Positions 22,781-35,300 of a stretch of DNA of 64,000 nt are shown one piece after another (within the stretch, counting starts at the first letter, position 1; each line of letters begins with the position of its first letter). The notes below the pieces were generated by a model. That model worked only from the letters and a program-made list of their open reading frames with translations, was not told where the DNA came from and made no database searches. The position numbers and the translations under genes are program-made. The stretch comes from Balamuthia mandrillaris (Eukaryota), in NCBI GenBank assembly GCA_031835245.2, contig JAVKOQ020000009.1, positions 248,001 to 312,000 on the forward strand, written 5' to 3'.

Positions 22781-25428
22781 TCACTCAAACATGGCGGCAA
22801 GGGCGAGACCCACGTCCCCATTGTACGCTCGCAAAAGGTTGATGGCCTCTGCTCGAGGAAGGGCGAGTATGTCCATGATGGACGCTATCTTGTCGGCAGA
22901 GAACTCAGCGCTTGAACTCCCTGCTTCTTCTGCCTGTTGGTCTGCAATTGTCCGCCCATCGCCATCGTCGGTTGTTCCATCATCGGAGGACCCTGTTTTG
23001 GGAGACACGTCGGCTTCCACTTTGTTTAGCTTTGTGACTTCCGCTGATTTCAACACGTCTATTGGGAACAGCTCATCAAACCTTTTAAAAAATGAAGTTG
23101 GTAAGAATTAAGAGGGAAAATAGCAAGAGAAGAAGAAGAGGAGAGCGTACGGATCATTATCAGCATATTGGTTGTTATAAGATAGAGTGTGAATGTGCAA
23201 TAAATATTTGAGGAATTTAACAATGGTGGGTTCATCAAGGCCCAGAGAAGAAGTAAGAACGGAGAAGAGAGGTCCAGCCACCGCAGTAGCCTCCCGTTTG
23301 ACGTGGCTTAAACTATCGTTGGGTAGGGTGGCAAGCATCATCATCGCATCTTTGAACGCAGGAAGTAACTCTGGATAACTTATCGTCAATGGAGCTGTAA
23401 TAGGAAGTAAAAGCAAGTAAATCAAAAAGATACAAATAGCAAGAAATGTAAAGAAAAAAATGCAATACCAAGTATGCTTTGAGCGACAATCAAAGCTTGT
23501 TCGGGTTGATGGTTACACACACGATACATGAACTCGCAGCGCTTAAGCTTGAAATAAAGGTCCACATGCTCCTCTTTTAAAGCTGGATAAAGCTCAACCA
23601 CCAACCTGACCACCTCCGGGATGTTAGGTAACGTTGTTGCCATTTCCATATCTGATGTAGCTGTTTCTTCTTCATCATCAGAGGTGAGCAGTAACCGTAT
23701 TCGTTTGAGGGTATCGTGTTTGTCCTGATAGTTGCTGAAAGAGGCTTCGTGTGTGCGCATGTCTTTTGGAATGTGAGCCCATCTGTCTGTTAACAATCCC
23801 CTGAACGCACAATATCTGTTGAACGAAATAGTGAGTAACATAAATGAGAGGAGAAAAGATAGTAACACATACTCTATAGCCCAAGAGGCTGCTAATCTTC
23901 TATTTATCTTTTGGCAAGAAAGCATGTAATGAAGAGCATTCGCGAAGTTGGGAATCCGCTGTAAACAAGCCTTGGCTTCCTCGCTAGGAACTCCTACCAC
24001 CTTTTCGCTGATGAGTCAACGAAAAAACGGTAAAGAAAAAGAAAAAATTACCAAAGCTAAAGAGCGAATTTGTCGGTCAAGTTGCTCTTTTGTTAGAGAA
24101 GAGTTATGCTTTTGAATCTTGGGAAGAACCGATTCAATATCCATTGGTGTTGTTTCTAATGTTGTCTTTCTTGTTACACTTGGAGAGGAACAGGAGGATG
24201 AGGAAGGAGAAGAAGAAGCAGAAGAGGAAGAAAAGAACGCATCTGAAGAAGATGGAATAGGAAGGTTCAGGCGAGAAGGCAACAAGATTTTCTCCGCTAG
24301 TTCAGCAAAAGGAGAATTGAGTCCGCGAATGATGTGATAGAGGTTGTGAGTGGTGGCCAAGTGCCGAAGTAGAATGGGGAATAGAGGTTCTTGAACGTTG
24401 AGGCTGGCTAGTAACGCAACATGAAGGTCCTGTGCCAGCTCCATGTCTTGTTCGGGATTACTGTTTGTAACAGGCACATGAGAAAGAAGAAAGGAGAGAG
24501 AAAAGAAAGTCAAGGCTTTACCGTTGGGAAAACCCATCGTTCGTTTGAAGAAGCAGCATCAGAGTAGTTTTGTATTGTTGGGAGGCTTGGGGATACAGGT
24601 TAAGGACATGCGGTGCCAAATGACTCTTACAAAACTGGAGTGCTCGCTCTGCACCTTCTGTACGTAGAAGCTCCACAAACTGTTAAAAAAAAAAAAACAA
24701 CAACGAATGAAGAAAAAAATGAGCAGGAGAATCGCGGCATAAAACAGAATGCAGAAGTGCAAATATTAGCAGAGAGGAAAAGTTCAAGAAGAACCTGGTA
24801 TTGCAGCAAGTGAAACCATAGGTCAGGTTGTTTGGCAGGAAAACTTGGGCAGAGTTTCTGGACCAGCGGAGTAGCTTGTTGAACCCTTCCTTGACGTACA
24901 TGCTCTCGAATGTCCTGTTGTGACGTTGGTCATCCACAATGTAGCCTCCAAGATAGAGAAAAAGCAGAGAAGAGAACGAGAAGGGCAACGAGAGCAAAGG
25001 AAGCGAGGACGAGAGGAAGAGCGAAAGAGAGAGAGAGAGGAGAGAGAGAGAGAAAAAGAGAGAGAGAGAGAGAGAGAGAGAAGAGAAGACGAGAACGAGC
25101 AAAGCAGAGGGCGAGCAAAAAGAAGAAAAGGGAGAGCAGCTCACGCACTCGAAGAATAGTCATGTAATCGGGAGGACACTGAGCGATGGCAAAATTCTCC
25201 TGAGCGGGAGTGATGGAGGGCGCCTCTTCCAGATAGCTTTCGTAGTACAAGAATTCGAGCATCAACCCATCTGGCCATCAGTCCAACAACACCACCGGAA
25301 TGAGGTATGTTAGCATAGCCCAACCCGGAGAGTACAGAGTGAAGAAGGAACAATGCTTTTGGTTTTAAAAAAAAAGTACCCAACGTGCTCCATCGAACGG
25401 TTTGAGTTTCATAACTATCTTCCGTCAT
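22781..25428 (-). CDS. LisH/CTLH-CRA-like protein with a C-terminal UBA-like helical domain, multi-exon
   Basis: VRWSTLDGLMLEFLYYE; YFKLKRCEFMYRV...ALIVAQSIL; C-terminal IMDILALPRAEAINLLRAYNGDV. Recalled resemblance to plant tandem-CTLH/CRA proteins. Confidence 0.55.
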
Positions 25429-25969
25429 GATAGTCTCAGTCACTTTTTGTTATTTTCTCGTTCTTTTATTCTTTTTCCTCACGTTTGATAGTACCACAAA
25501 GAGGAAAGTGAAAGAGAGAGAGGGGAAAAAACGTAGCGGCGGCGGCGGGGGGGTCCAAGTTCTTGTTTTCAGTGTGGCTTCCGTAGTTTCTCCTTCGCCT
25601 TTCTCGCTTGTGCGCTCTTCGTTCTTCGAAGTTTCCAATCTGTCGTCAAATAATCACCAAAAACTATCAATTTGTCGACAAATAACTACATAAAAAATGT
25701 CGAAATTCCCTATTTGACGACAAATAATCGCAAAAAGCTGTAGAATGTGGCCAAATATCGGCAATTAATTGGATATGTCGACATAAATGTCCTTAATTAA
25801 TTTAATCGAATTTCCCGATAAATCTATTTTTTTTTGTAGCGAAGAAAAATTCAAAAATAAAAAGAAAGAAAGAAAGAAAAAAGGGGAAAGAAAAAAAAAG
25901 GAGGGGGAGAAGTGCGGGAGGGTGAAGCAAAGAAGAAGGACCCACCCAAAAACCAAACAAACAAACAAA

Positions 25970-27173
25970 ATGGGCAACGCTTTCAAAAAGATCTTTGGCA
26001 ACAAAGAGGCCAGACTTTTGGTGCTTGGTTTGGACAATGCTGGCAAAACAAGTTTGACCTCTCCTCTCCCTTTCATCTCCTGTTTTAAAAGTCGTGGTGT
26101 GAGTCTTATTCGTTCCCTCCTCTTCTGTTTTGTTCTTTTTTGGTTTTTTCAGCTATCATACATGCTTTGAATGGCGAGGAGGACTTCAAGAGCAACCCGA
26201 CGCTCAGCTTTTCTGTGGAGACTATAGAGATTAACAGAATAACTTTGCACATATGGGTTTGGTCTCCTTCTTGTTTTTGCCTCTCTTCTTTTTTTCTTCT
26301 TTTTCTTTTCTTCTTCTCTTTTTTGTTCTAAGCCCTTACTCTTACTCTGCCTTGAAGGATGTGGGAGGACAAAATAAACATCGGCAGCTTTGGCGGCACT
26401 ATTTTATGGGCACCTCTGCACTCATCTTTGTAATAGATAGCACCGACTCGGAACGGTTCGACGTTGCAAGGTTTGTTTTTGTTTTCCATGCGGTGCAGTT
26501 GTTGCTGGCCTGTATTTCTTTGCCCTCATCCCATCCGGCCCTTTCTTTTTCTGTCTTTTTTTTTTCTTTTTTGGGTCTCTTTGAGCTTCTTTTCCCTTCT
26601 TCTCTTCTTCTCTCGTTTTCCTAGGCTAGTTCCATTCTTTTTTTGTTCTCTCCTTTCTTCTCTTCTTTCCTGTCTTTCATGCCATGTGATGGTGTGATGG
26701 TTGTTTTTTGTAAGTGTTGTTTGGTCATTTCTTTCCCTTTTTTATCTATGTTAGGTGTTTGTTCTTCTTATTGTTATTTCTATCTCTTTTTTTTTTCTAT
26801 ATGGTGTGAAGTTCTCCTTTCCTTTCTTTTTTATTGTTGTTTCACACTCTTCTTGTTTTTTTTTTTTCTCAATAACAAAACGAAAAGGGAAGAGTTCCTG
26901 AAAGTAGTAACGGACAGCACAATGCAAGCCTCCATCGTTCTCATTCTAGCCAACAAATGTGACTGCGAGGGGGCCGCCAGCGAAGAGGAGCTCAGCCAAG
27001 CGCTCCTGCTTTCCTCCTCCTCTGGCGACATTCTGCAGGGAAGGCTGTGGAGGATTCAGCGGTGCTCCGCCCGCACGGGAGAGGGCCTGGAGGAGGGCTT
27101 CCGGTGGGTCAGTGATGCGCTTGCCAAACCGCCCAGCAAACGAAAGGATAAGCAAAAGAAAGGGAACCATTAG
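25970..27173 (+). CDS. ARF/ARL-family small GTPase, 4 exons
   Basis: Myristoylation-type start [49 protein letters not shown]. Confidence 0.92.
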
Positions 27174-27307
27174 AGCAAAGTTTGTTGTTGTTTTTTTTTA
27201 AAAAAAATAAGTAGTGTTTTTTAATTTTATGTTATCTTTTTTTTTATTTTAGTTTTCCGATAAAAAAGACCTTCTGGATTTATCTTTAGTCAAGTTTTAA
27301 TCAACAA

Positions 27308-27378
27308 GCATCCGTAGTCTAGGGGCATGATTTCCGCCTGCCACGCGGGAGGCCCGGGTTCAACTCCCGGCGGATGCA
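27308..27378 (+). tRNA. tRNA-Gly(GCC)
   Basis: Acceptor stem GCATCCG/CGGATGC; anticodon arm TCCGC-CTGCCAC-GCGGG; T-arm GGTTCAACTCC; T-runs follow downstream. Confidence 0.95.
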
Positions 27379-27464
27379 CATTCTTTTTCATGTTTTTTTT
27401 TTTGCAGGTTCAATTCTTGTCGCAAGACACTTTTTTTTTTTCTTTCCGATTAGTAGTCCTCACT

Positions 27465-28422
27465 ATGCAGCCAGAGGAGGAGAGGTTGGCCAACAACAAC
27501 AACACAAGAGAACAGCGGTTCATGCTGCTGGCCCTTGAGGAGGTTCGCTTTTTTTAAAAAAAAAAACGTTTGTGACACGGTTTTGATATGGTTCAAGGCT
27601 TCTTGATGCGTAACAGGGGCGGAAAGCGTTAGCGGAAGGTGAGGTGCCCGTTGGTTGTGTGTTTGTCTGCAACGAAAAGGTCATCGCGGCCGCGGCCAAC
27701 AAGACCAATGCTCTGCGCAATGTATGGTGTGATCACGACCCTTTCACTTTCACAGGCTCGTCAGTGTTTTCTTAGCTCGCTGTTCCTTTGCAGGCAACTC
27801 TACATGCTGAGATAGTGGCTATCGATCAGATCATGGAACTTGATGCTGAGGCCACCACAAACATTTTTCCTCAGTGCGAGCTGTTCGTCACGTGTGAGCC
27901 TTGCGTCATGTGCGCTTCTGCTCTTATGCAAGTCGATATCCTGCTTCGTCCACGCTTCCTTCCATTTGCTTCTTCCTTCCTTTTTCTTTTAACTCCTACA
28001 CACGAATCAAAAAAGTTTACTTTGGCTGCAGGAACGAACGGTTTGGCGGCTGCGGCTCTGTTCTTAACCTTCATCTGCCAAATGGGTACCTATGCTTTAC
28101 AACGCTCCAAACGAACAGAGAGAGAGAGAGAGAGAGAGAGAGAAGAAACAACTCGAAGAGAGAGAGGGAGAGAGAAGGAACAAGAGAAGAGTTTTGCTGA
28201 TATTTGAAAAACAAAGTGAAGGGATAAGGCAAGCAGGGTATGAAGTGGAAAGTGGATTGTACGCGGAAGAAGCCATTCAGCTTCTCAAGGAGTTTTATGA
28301 AGCAGGGAACCCAAACGGTACGCTGTGCTTTGCCGTTACTGATCGAAAGAGATAACTCACTCCTTTATCAATAAGCTCCAACGCCAAAGCGGAGAGTCAT
28401 CGATAAAGAAATAATGGAATAA
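27465..28422 (+). CDS. ADAT2: tRNA-specific adenosine-34 deaminase catalytic subunit, multi-exon, including one AT-AC intron
   Basis: [64 protein letters not shown]. Confidence 0.92.
27936..28003 (+). other. U12-type AT-AC intron in ADAT2
   Basis: 5' ATATCCTG, branch-like TTCTTTTAAC, 3' ...CAC. Removing it restores the frame ALMQV-G-IKKVYFG. Confidence 0.85.
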
Positions 28423-28535
28423 ACGTGAATACAAGAAAAAGCTATTTACTTCTTTACAATGCACAGCAATTATTCACAGCAGAAGTAAGAAACAAAGATA
28501 ATAAATAGGGAGAAGAATGTACAAAGCAACCCTTT

Positions 28536-31500
28536 CTACTTATCATAATATCGCCGTTGATACTATTTTACGAGAGAAAAAAGTAGTGGGTGAGAGAGAG
28601 AAGCGGAAGAAGAATAAGAAGCAGAACAAAGAACACAACCGAACGAACAAACGAACAAAGAAGAAGAGCAGAGTACAGCAAGAAAGAAGAGAGAGAAGGG
28701 AAAGGAGATGGTAACACGTAACTAACCTCAATTTGTATCTGACGAGATCTTTCTACAGGCGACCACCACGGTCGAGTGAGAGCGTAAAAAAGGTCGTATC
28801 CATCCGCAAAATTCTGGAAAGGTGGTTTCTCCGAACCATAAGCAAACTTGATTTTCAGAAGATTGATAGCGCGAGGGATTAAGTAGAAGAGGAGCAAGCC
28901 CAAAAAGCCGAGAACCATGGTCTTGAGAATGAGCCAAAAGTACCAAAGGATGGAATCCAGTTGTTGGTAGGAGGGCTCAAACTCAGCGAACTTGTTTCGC
29001 AAGAACTCCTCCATGTTTTCTATCCGGACCAACAGATCTTCCACCTCCTTTCGAACGACTCTCACCGCCATTTCGGCTTCATTGCCTGCTGAATCCTTCA
29101 CGCTATAAAAAATCTGTTTGCAAGTAACAAAATTGTCAGCTGAATCGTCAAGAGAGAGAAGAGAAAAGAGAAGGAACAAAAAAAAAATAAAAAGGAGGTA
29201 TCAGAAGACTGTCGTGAAATAAAGCTCATCACATTAACCCTTCAGAGTGAGCTGAGTTACGGTTTCATCATTACAATTTCCTCCTTCAAGACAGAAGAGA
29301 GAGAAGAAAGAAAAACTCCCTCTCCCTCCGGCTCGGCCGAAAACAAGTTTCGCAAATCTAAATTTTCGAAACCATTTTTCTCCTTTCGAGAAAAACTGCA
29401 ATTTGGAAAATTTAAAATGGGGGAAACCCCCTATCGCTTCCCATTATGGGACAATAAAATTTGGAAGCGGACAAGAGAGAGGACAAGAGAGAAGAGAAAA
29501 AGAAGAGCGAAGAAAAGAGAGAGAGAGGGAGGGGGAGAGAGAGAGAGAGAGAAGAGGAGAGCGGGAGAAGCAGCGAGCGCTTACCATCCATTCGTTAGGA
29601 GCTGTGGTGCGATTGGTGATCATCACCTTGTGCGTGAGGTCGATGGCTCTGCCGTCCGGCAAGGGGTCATAGGCATGAAAGCCTCCGTGCTTCCACTCGT
29701 CGTAATCCTCGCCTGGATCGAACCACTGACAAACGCGGCAGGCTCTCATGACGACCACTTCGCCGTTCACCAGCTCGATAACGGGAGGGATGTTGTCCTT
29801 GCACACCGTTTCCCCGGTCTCCTCGTCCACGACCATGTCGAACCCCTCCATGCATTCACAGCGATAACTCTCGCCAACGCTTCTTCGTGTTGTGGCATCA
29901 GCGCGATCGTCATTCACGTACACGCAGCGAGCAAAAGGGTGACACTTGTGGCGACACGGATGGCCTTCCGGAAGGTCACAAGGATTAATCGGAAGAACGG
30001 TCACGTTTCTAATGACGGTGCTGACGGTCTGCCACTGCTGCTGTTCTTCATCTGATCGTTGAAGCGCGTCGTTGGATGAGGACGGAGCAGCGAGGGAGGA
30101 GAGGTCGAGGCTGCGTTTGGGATTGATGACGGTGTATTTGATTTGAAAGAGACCCGTTTCCATGACACGATCTGCCATGAGAGAAGGCGGTATGGATACA
30201 CTCACATGAAGTTTGTCGTCCATCATGGAAGAAGAGAAATATCCAGAGGACGATGAAGACGAAGAAGGCATCATCTTGTTTTCGTTGAGGGTGAAACCTT
30301 CCTCCACGTAGCTCTCACATTGACGGATGGCGACTGGATTTCTCCCTCTCAACAGGATGGCTGGCGGTTGTGGCATCGGATAACAATCTCTGCCATCGCC
30401 CACATAGCCCTCTTTGCATTGGCAGAGATACCCGCCCTCCGTGTTAGTGCAGTTAGCGAGAGGGGAGCAGCTGTCCGTCTCTCTTGCACACTCATCAATG
30501 TCGATACATGAGTAGTAGTCATCCGCTTCCTCAAAGCCCTCATCACAGAGGCACTTGTAGGAGCCTATGGTGTTGCTGCAGTGAGAGTGAGGAGGACAGG
30601 TGAAAGCTCCTATGCGGCACTCGTTCACATCCTCGCACCAACGACCGTCTCCCTGAAAGCCCTGCGCACACTCGCAGCGATAACCTTCAGGTAAGCTCGA
30701 GTCTTTGACGCAAGTGGCGCGCTCATGGCAGTCATGTGTCTCCATCTCGCAGCTGTTTTGGGGCTTGCAGAAGAAGCCGTTGCCTTCATAGTCCTCCTTA
30801 CAGGTGCACGAATAGCTTCCCTCCAGGTTGTGGCATATAGCGTGCTCATGGCAGTCGTGCAGGTTGCGCTCGCACTCGTTGACATCTCGGCAGACAAAGC
30901 CATTTCCCTCATAGCCTTCGAGGCAAGAGCATGAGAATCCACCCTTGAGGTTGGTGCAGGAAGCAAAGCTGTGGCAGGAGTGGATACCTTCCTTGCATTC
31001 GTCCACGTCCACGCACTTGAAGCCGTCCCCACTAAAGCCCCCCCGGCAGCTGCAGTGATAGTGCCCTGGCATATTCTCGCAGTCAGCATTCTCGGAGCAG
31101 GCATGCCTTCCTAGAGCGCACTCATCAATGTCCGTTACAATCACTGTTCTGTTCTTCTGGGCTACCACCGTGCTTATCGTTCTCGAAGAAGAGGAAGAAG
31201 AAAGAGCATTAGGCTCGATGGCTCGGTACTCGAGGATGTAAGTGCCCATTATGCCCGCGTTCATGCCAGCTGGTATCTCGTAGAAGACGTTCGCTTCCCG
31301 TAGGTTCGTTTCCTCCGCCTCTCCTTCTGTGCCTCCCGTTCGTTTTTGGGTACTTCTTTTTCTGCTCTTCACCACAAAGCCAGGGTCGATGTAAGACATT
31401 GCCTCCAGTTGGTTCAAATAAATAACGTCTCCCCCTCTCAACTCCAAAAAGATGAGCTCCGCTTCCTCCTCCTCTGCCAGGACCGCCTTGTGTTCTCCTC

Positions 31501-32149
31501 CTCTGCCTCTTTCGTCTCCTGCTTTTGCTCCACCCTCATCTCGCTCCTCCTCCCTCAAAATAGGGGAGAAGCGACCGGCCTGACCATAAGTGCAAGTGAA
31601 GCCATCCCCCTCGAAGCCTTCCTTGCAGAGACACTCGTAGCTGCCCAGCAGGTTTCTGCACTCTGCATTTCTATCGCAGGGCTGCAACCACAGTTCCCCT
31701 CCCTCACTCCTTGCTGCCTTCTTTCTTTCTTCTGCTTTCTTCTCTTCTCCGCCATGTTCTTCCTCTTCTTCTTTGGGATCTTGTTGGAGTAAAACACATT
31801 CATCAATGTCGTAGCAGCGTTGATGGCCATCTCCATGGAAGCCCGCACGACAGCGGCACTCAAAGCCAGCGAGGGCAGGCACGCAGTCGGCATGAGGGGC
31901 ACAAGGGCGGTCCCTACAACGGTCGCTAAAGTCCCTCGTGGTAAGAGGCTTGTTCCTTTGCAGCTGATGGTGGCGCCAATGATGCGTAGCAGCAGCAGCT
32001 TGAGGATCGACCCCCGCTGCTTCTGCTTGCTGTTGTTCGTGGTGGTTCGGCCTTGCCTGAACCACAAGCATAACAAGCCCTGGCAGCACGGCCAAGAAGA
32101 GCACCAGCAGCAACCGTCTCGCAGAGCCCTTCACGTCTGCTGTCCTCAT
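28536..32149 (-). CDS. Type I membrane protein with multiple Ca-binding EGF repeats and three DUF5011/Ig-like modules, 3 exons
   Basis: Signal peptide; repeated D(V/I)(D/N)EC...C..GF.GDG..C EGF units; PP.I.L.G...Y.(D/E)PGF and YSVKDSAGN modules; TM segment ILWYFWLILKTMVLGFLGLLLFYLIP. Confidence 0.85.
29198..29274 (-). ncRNA. Intronic box C/D snoRNA with two LSU rRNA guides
   Basis: Minus strand reads GTA-ATGATGA(C)...AACTCAGCTCACT-CTGA(D')...GTGATGA(C')...TTCACGACAGTCTT-CTGA(D)-TAC, with a GTA/TAC terminal stem, on the host gene strand. Confidence 0.88.
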
Positions 32150-32310
32150 CTTTGCTACTCCAATTCTTTTCTGTTTTGTTTATTTCCCTAATTATTGTCG
32201 CAATATTTTGAAAATTTGCGTTGTTATTGTTTATTTACACTTATTTCGTAATATTTTGATATTTACGCCAAATATTGATAAAATGATTCCACTGCGCAAA
32301 AAGAATTGCT

Positions 32311-35300
32311 TTACAAGAAGAGGAAGAGCGCAAAAGGACGAAGGAGGCGAACGGCCCACAGCGAGACGGCGAAAAGAGCGGCGGCTCCGCTTCCTTCCTC
32401 TCCTGAAGGCGGAATGTACGTATACAAGCAGCTGTCCTCATACTCGGCCACATACCCGTCCACGCCCATAAACTCTTCCTCCTCCCCTCCCTCCACTTTC
32501 ACGAACCTCAGCTCGTCCAAGTAGAGCACGATGGGGTCGGAGCTCCAAGGGCGCCCCAGCTGAACGGAACGAAGCTCCACCGAGTTGCCTTCTTTGTGGA
32601 GAGGGGCTAACCACTCATCGCTCAGTGGGACACGAACGCGGGTCCACCTGTGCTCGTCGATCAGGTAATTGTGGACATATTCCGCCGTCAGCTCCAGCCC
32701 TTCTGTTTCTTGACCCTCCTCATAGCCGCCAAAACGAAGCGACAAAGAAGAAAGGCGGCCGTAGCCTTCTCCCACTCGGATGAAGAACTCAAAATGGTCG
32801 TACTGGGCGAGGTCCAGGAGGAAGCGAGGCTCGTGGTTGGCGTCCGCGCAGTCGGGACAGCTGTGGTGGTAGAAGCCAAAGGCGCCGTTGGCGATCTCCA
32901 GGCGAACGGCATGCTCCCCGCAGAGCACTTGCTCCGTGTGAAGCCAATCGACAGTGGTGTTGCCTCTATCGCCGCTCCATTGAAGCGGGCCCCAACGAGG
33001 CCAGCCAGGTGGAGCTTCCTCTTGATACATAACTAGCACGGATGCATCCGATGCATCCTCCAGGCATTCCTCCACAACAGGAACTGGGTCAGGAGGGGCA
33101 CAGCTCAGGGATTCACAGCCTATGCGTCCTCCGATCCATCTGTCGTCGTGCAAACGAATGGCCACATAGAGACGGCCTGTGGCGAGGGCTTTCCATGCGT
33201 CGTGGCTCAAAGGGGTAACCCCCCGAATGGGGGATTGGGCGCTCTCCAAGCGAGCGTGCTTGGGATAGTCTTCCCCAAAGCCGCCCTCGCAGAGGAAGGC
33301 CTCTGCAGCGAGGTTTCCAATGTCATAGGGCACGTTCCAATGCAGCTCTTTGGTGGCTCTGTCAAAGTAGAGGAAGGCGTCTCCATTGTGACACAGGCTA
33401 GCACGATACTTTTCCTCCTGGAAGGTAGGAATAGGAATGCTGGGCACTTGGAAGTGCTTTGGGGCGCATTTCTCCTTGGTGGAGCAGGAAGTGAGGATGC
33501 GAAGGCTTAGGCCATCGTAGGCCCAATCATTGAAGTTCCAGCGATGGCTCACACCACCATACACATTTCGGAGATACACAAAGAGATGCTGAGTAGTGGT
33601 GTTGTAGAGGTACGTGTACGCACTTAGCTCGTCCATAGAGTCCACCTCGGTGAGTTCGAAGGGGTTGCTGCCCCATTGCGTCGAGGTAATTTGGAACGGA
33701 TAGGCGGCGAGCGGATAGGGTAAAGCAAAGATCATCCAATCACCGATGGCAGAGGAAGTCATGCTCAACGTACAATCAGCTGGAGTGGGGGTGTTGAAGG
33801 TGAAGCGAATGGTATAGGCACGACGAGGTTGCAGGTTCACCATGTACTGGAACTGATCCGCAGCGACAGCACGACCGGAGATCATGAGCTGATAACCGGC
33901 GGAGGCGTCCAGCTCTCCTTCATGAAGGGAATGGAACGTTGCTCGAATGGTCTCTCCTGAATGAGGGCCGAAAAGATCTGAGCTATAGTCTATTCCATTT
34001 TCACCTTTTCAATAAACGAAAAAGAAAGGTTTAGAAAAACAAATAACACAACAAAACAAACAAAACAAAACACGAGAGAGAGGAGTACCGAGAATAGGAA
34101 CATCAGGATCAAAAGTATTGTCAACGAGTTTGAACTTAACATATCCCTCTCTGAACGAATGACAAGCATAGCCATTCCATTCCTCTCTGTGCTCGCAGCC
34201 ATCATTGATCAAAAAGGTGCGATTGGAAACTACCCAACCTCCACCATAAAAGCCTGTAACGCTTCCATCCACGTCCAAAAAGTTGACACCTTTGGGACCG
34301 TCATAGAGTGTGTCAGGAACGGCGACAGGGTTGGCATTCTCGAAGCGAAGCTTCTCGTACTTGTTCCTCGTTTCCAGCATGAAAGGACCGTGAGTGAGGC
34401 AGCTGAGTGCTCCAGCAGCTCGTTTTTCGTTGGAGACAAAGTTGCGGAACTCGACGTTGCGAACATATTGAGGTCCGCCGTTGTCGTAGGACTCGTGACC
34501 CTTGATCACCCAGGTCTCCCATGGATAACGGATCGGTTGGCTTCTGTTGAAGTAATCTATCTTTCGTGATGGATTTCCTCTGTATTTTTATTTCATAGGT
34601 GTGAGAAAACAACGAGGAGAAGAGAGCAGAGAGCAGAGAGCAGAGAGCAGAGAGCAGAGAGCAGAGAGCAGAGAGCAGAGAGCAGAGCAGAGGCAGAGAG
34701 CAGAGAGCAGAGAGCAGAGGAGGAGAGAGCAGAGAGAGCAGAGAGAGCAGAGAGAGCAGAGGGGGAAGAGAGAAGAGAGAAGAGCAGGAAGGTACGAACA
34801 TGTTATCGCTTTCACCAACGATAAGAGAGTCTTCCAATAGAGAAGGACCCGGCACAGCGTTAAAGCCATGACGATTGTCCATCAGGACCAAGTCCACGAA
34901 GCGAAGTGGACCTCCTCTTGTCCAGACACCATATTCTCTGTTTTTATAGGCGATAATGCCCTCAAAGATAGCATCTATGAGGTCGTACTGCCACGCGTTG
35001 GGCTTGGAGACGATGTTGTAGGGTCCCAAGCGTGGATTGTAGGAACCAAGCTCAGTTGTGCCATCAGAACGCAACATGTCGTCTATTTGAACTCCTGTAT
35101 CTCCACAGCTGTATGTTCCACGAGTATTTATAACAAAGAATCAGCAACGAATAACACTTCAAAGGGAAGAAAACAAACCAACCTATGAGCAACGTTATCA
35201 GCAAAAGAGCCAAGTGGCGTCCATCTCGGTCTGACCTCCGGATGATTGATGTAATCTCCTTCCGAAACTCCCACGGGTGCATTTGGCAGAATGTACCAAA

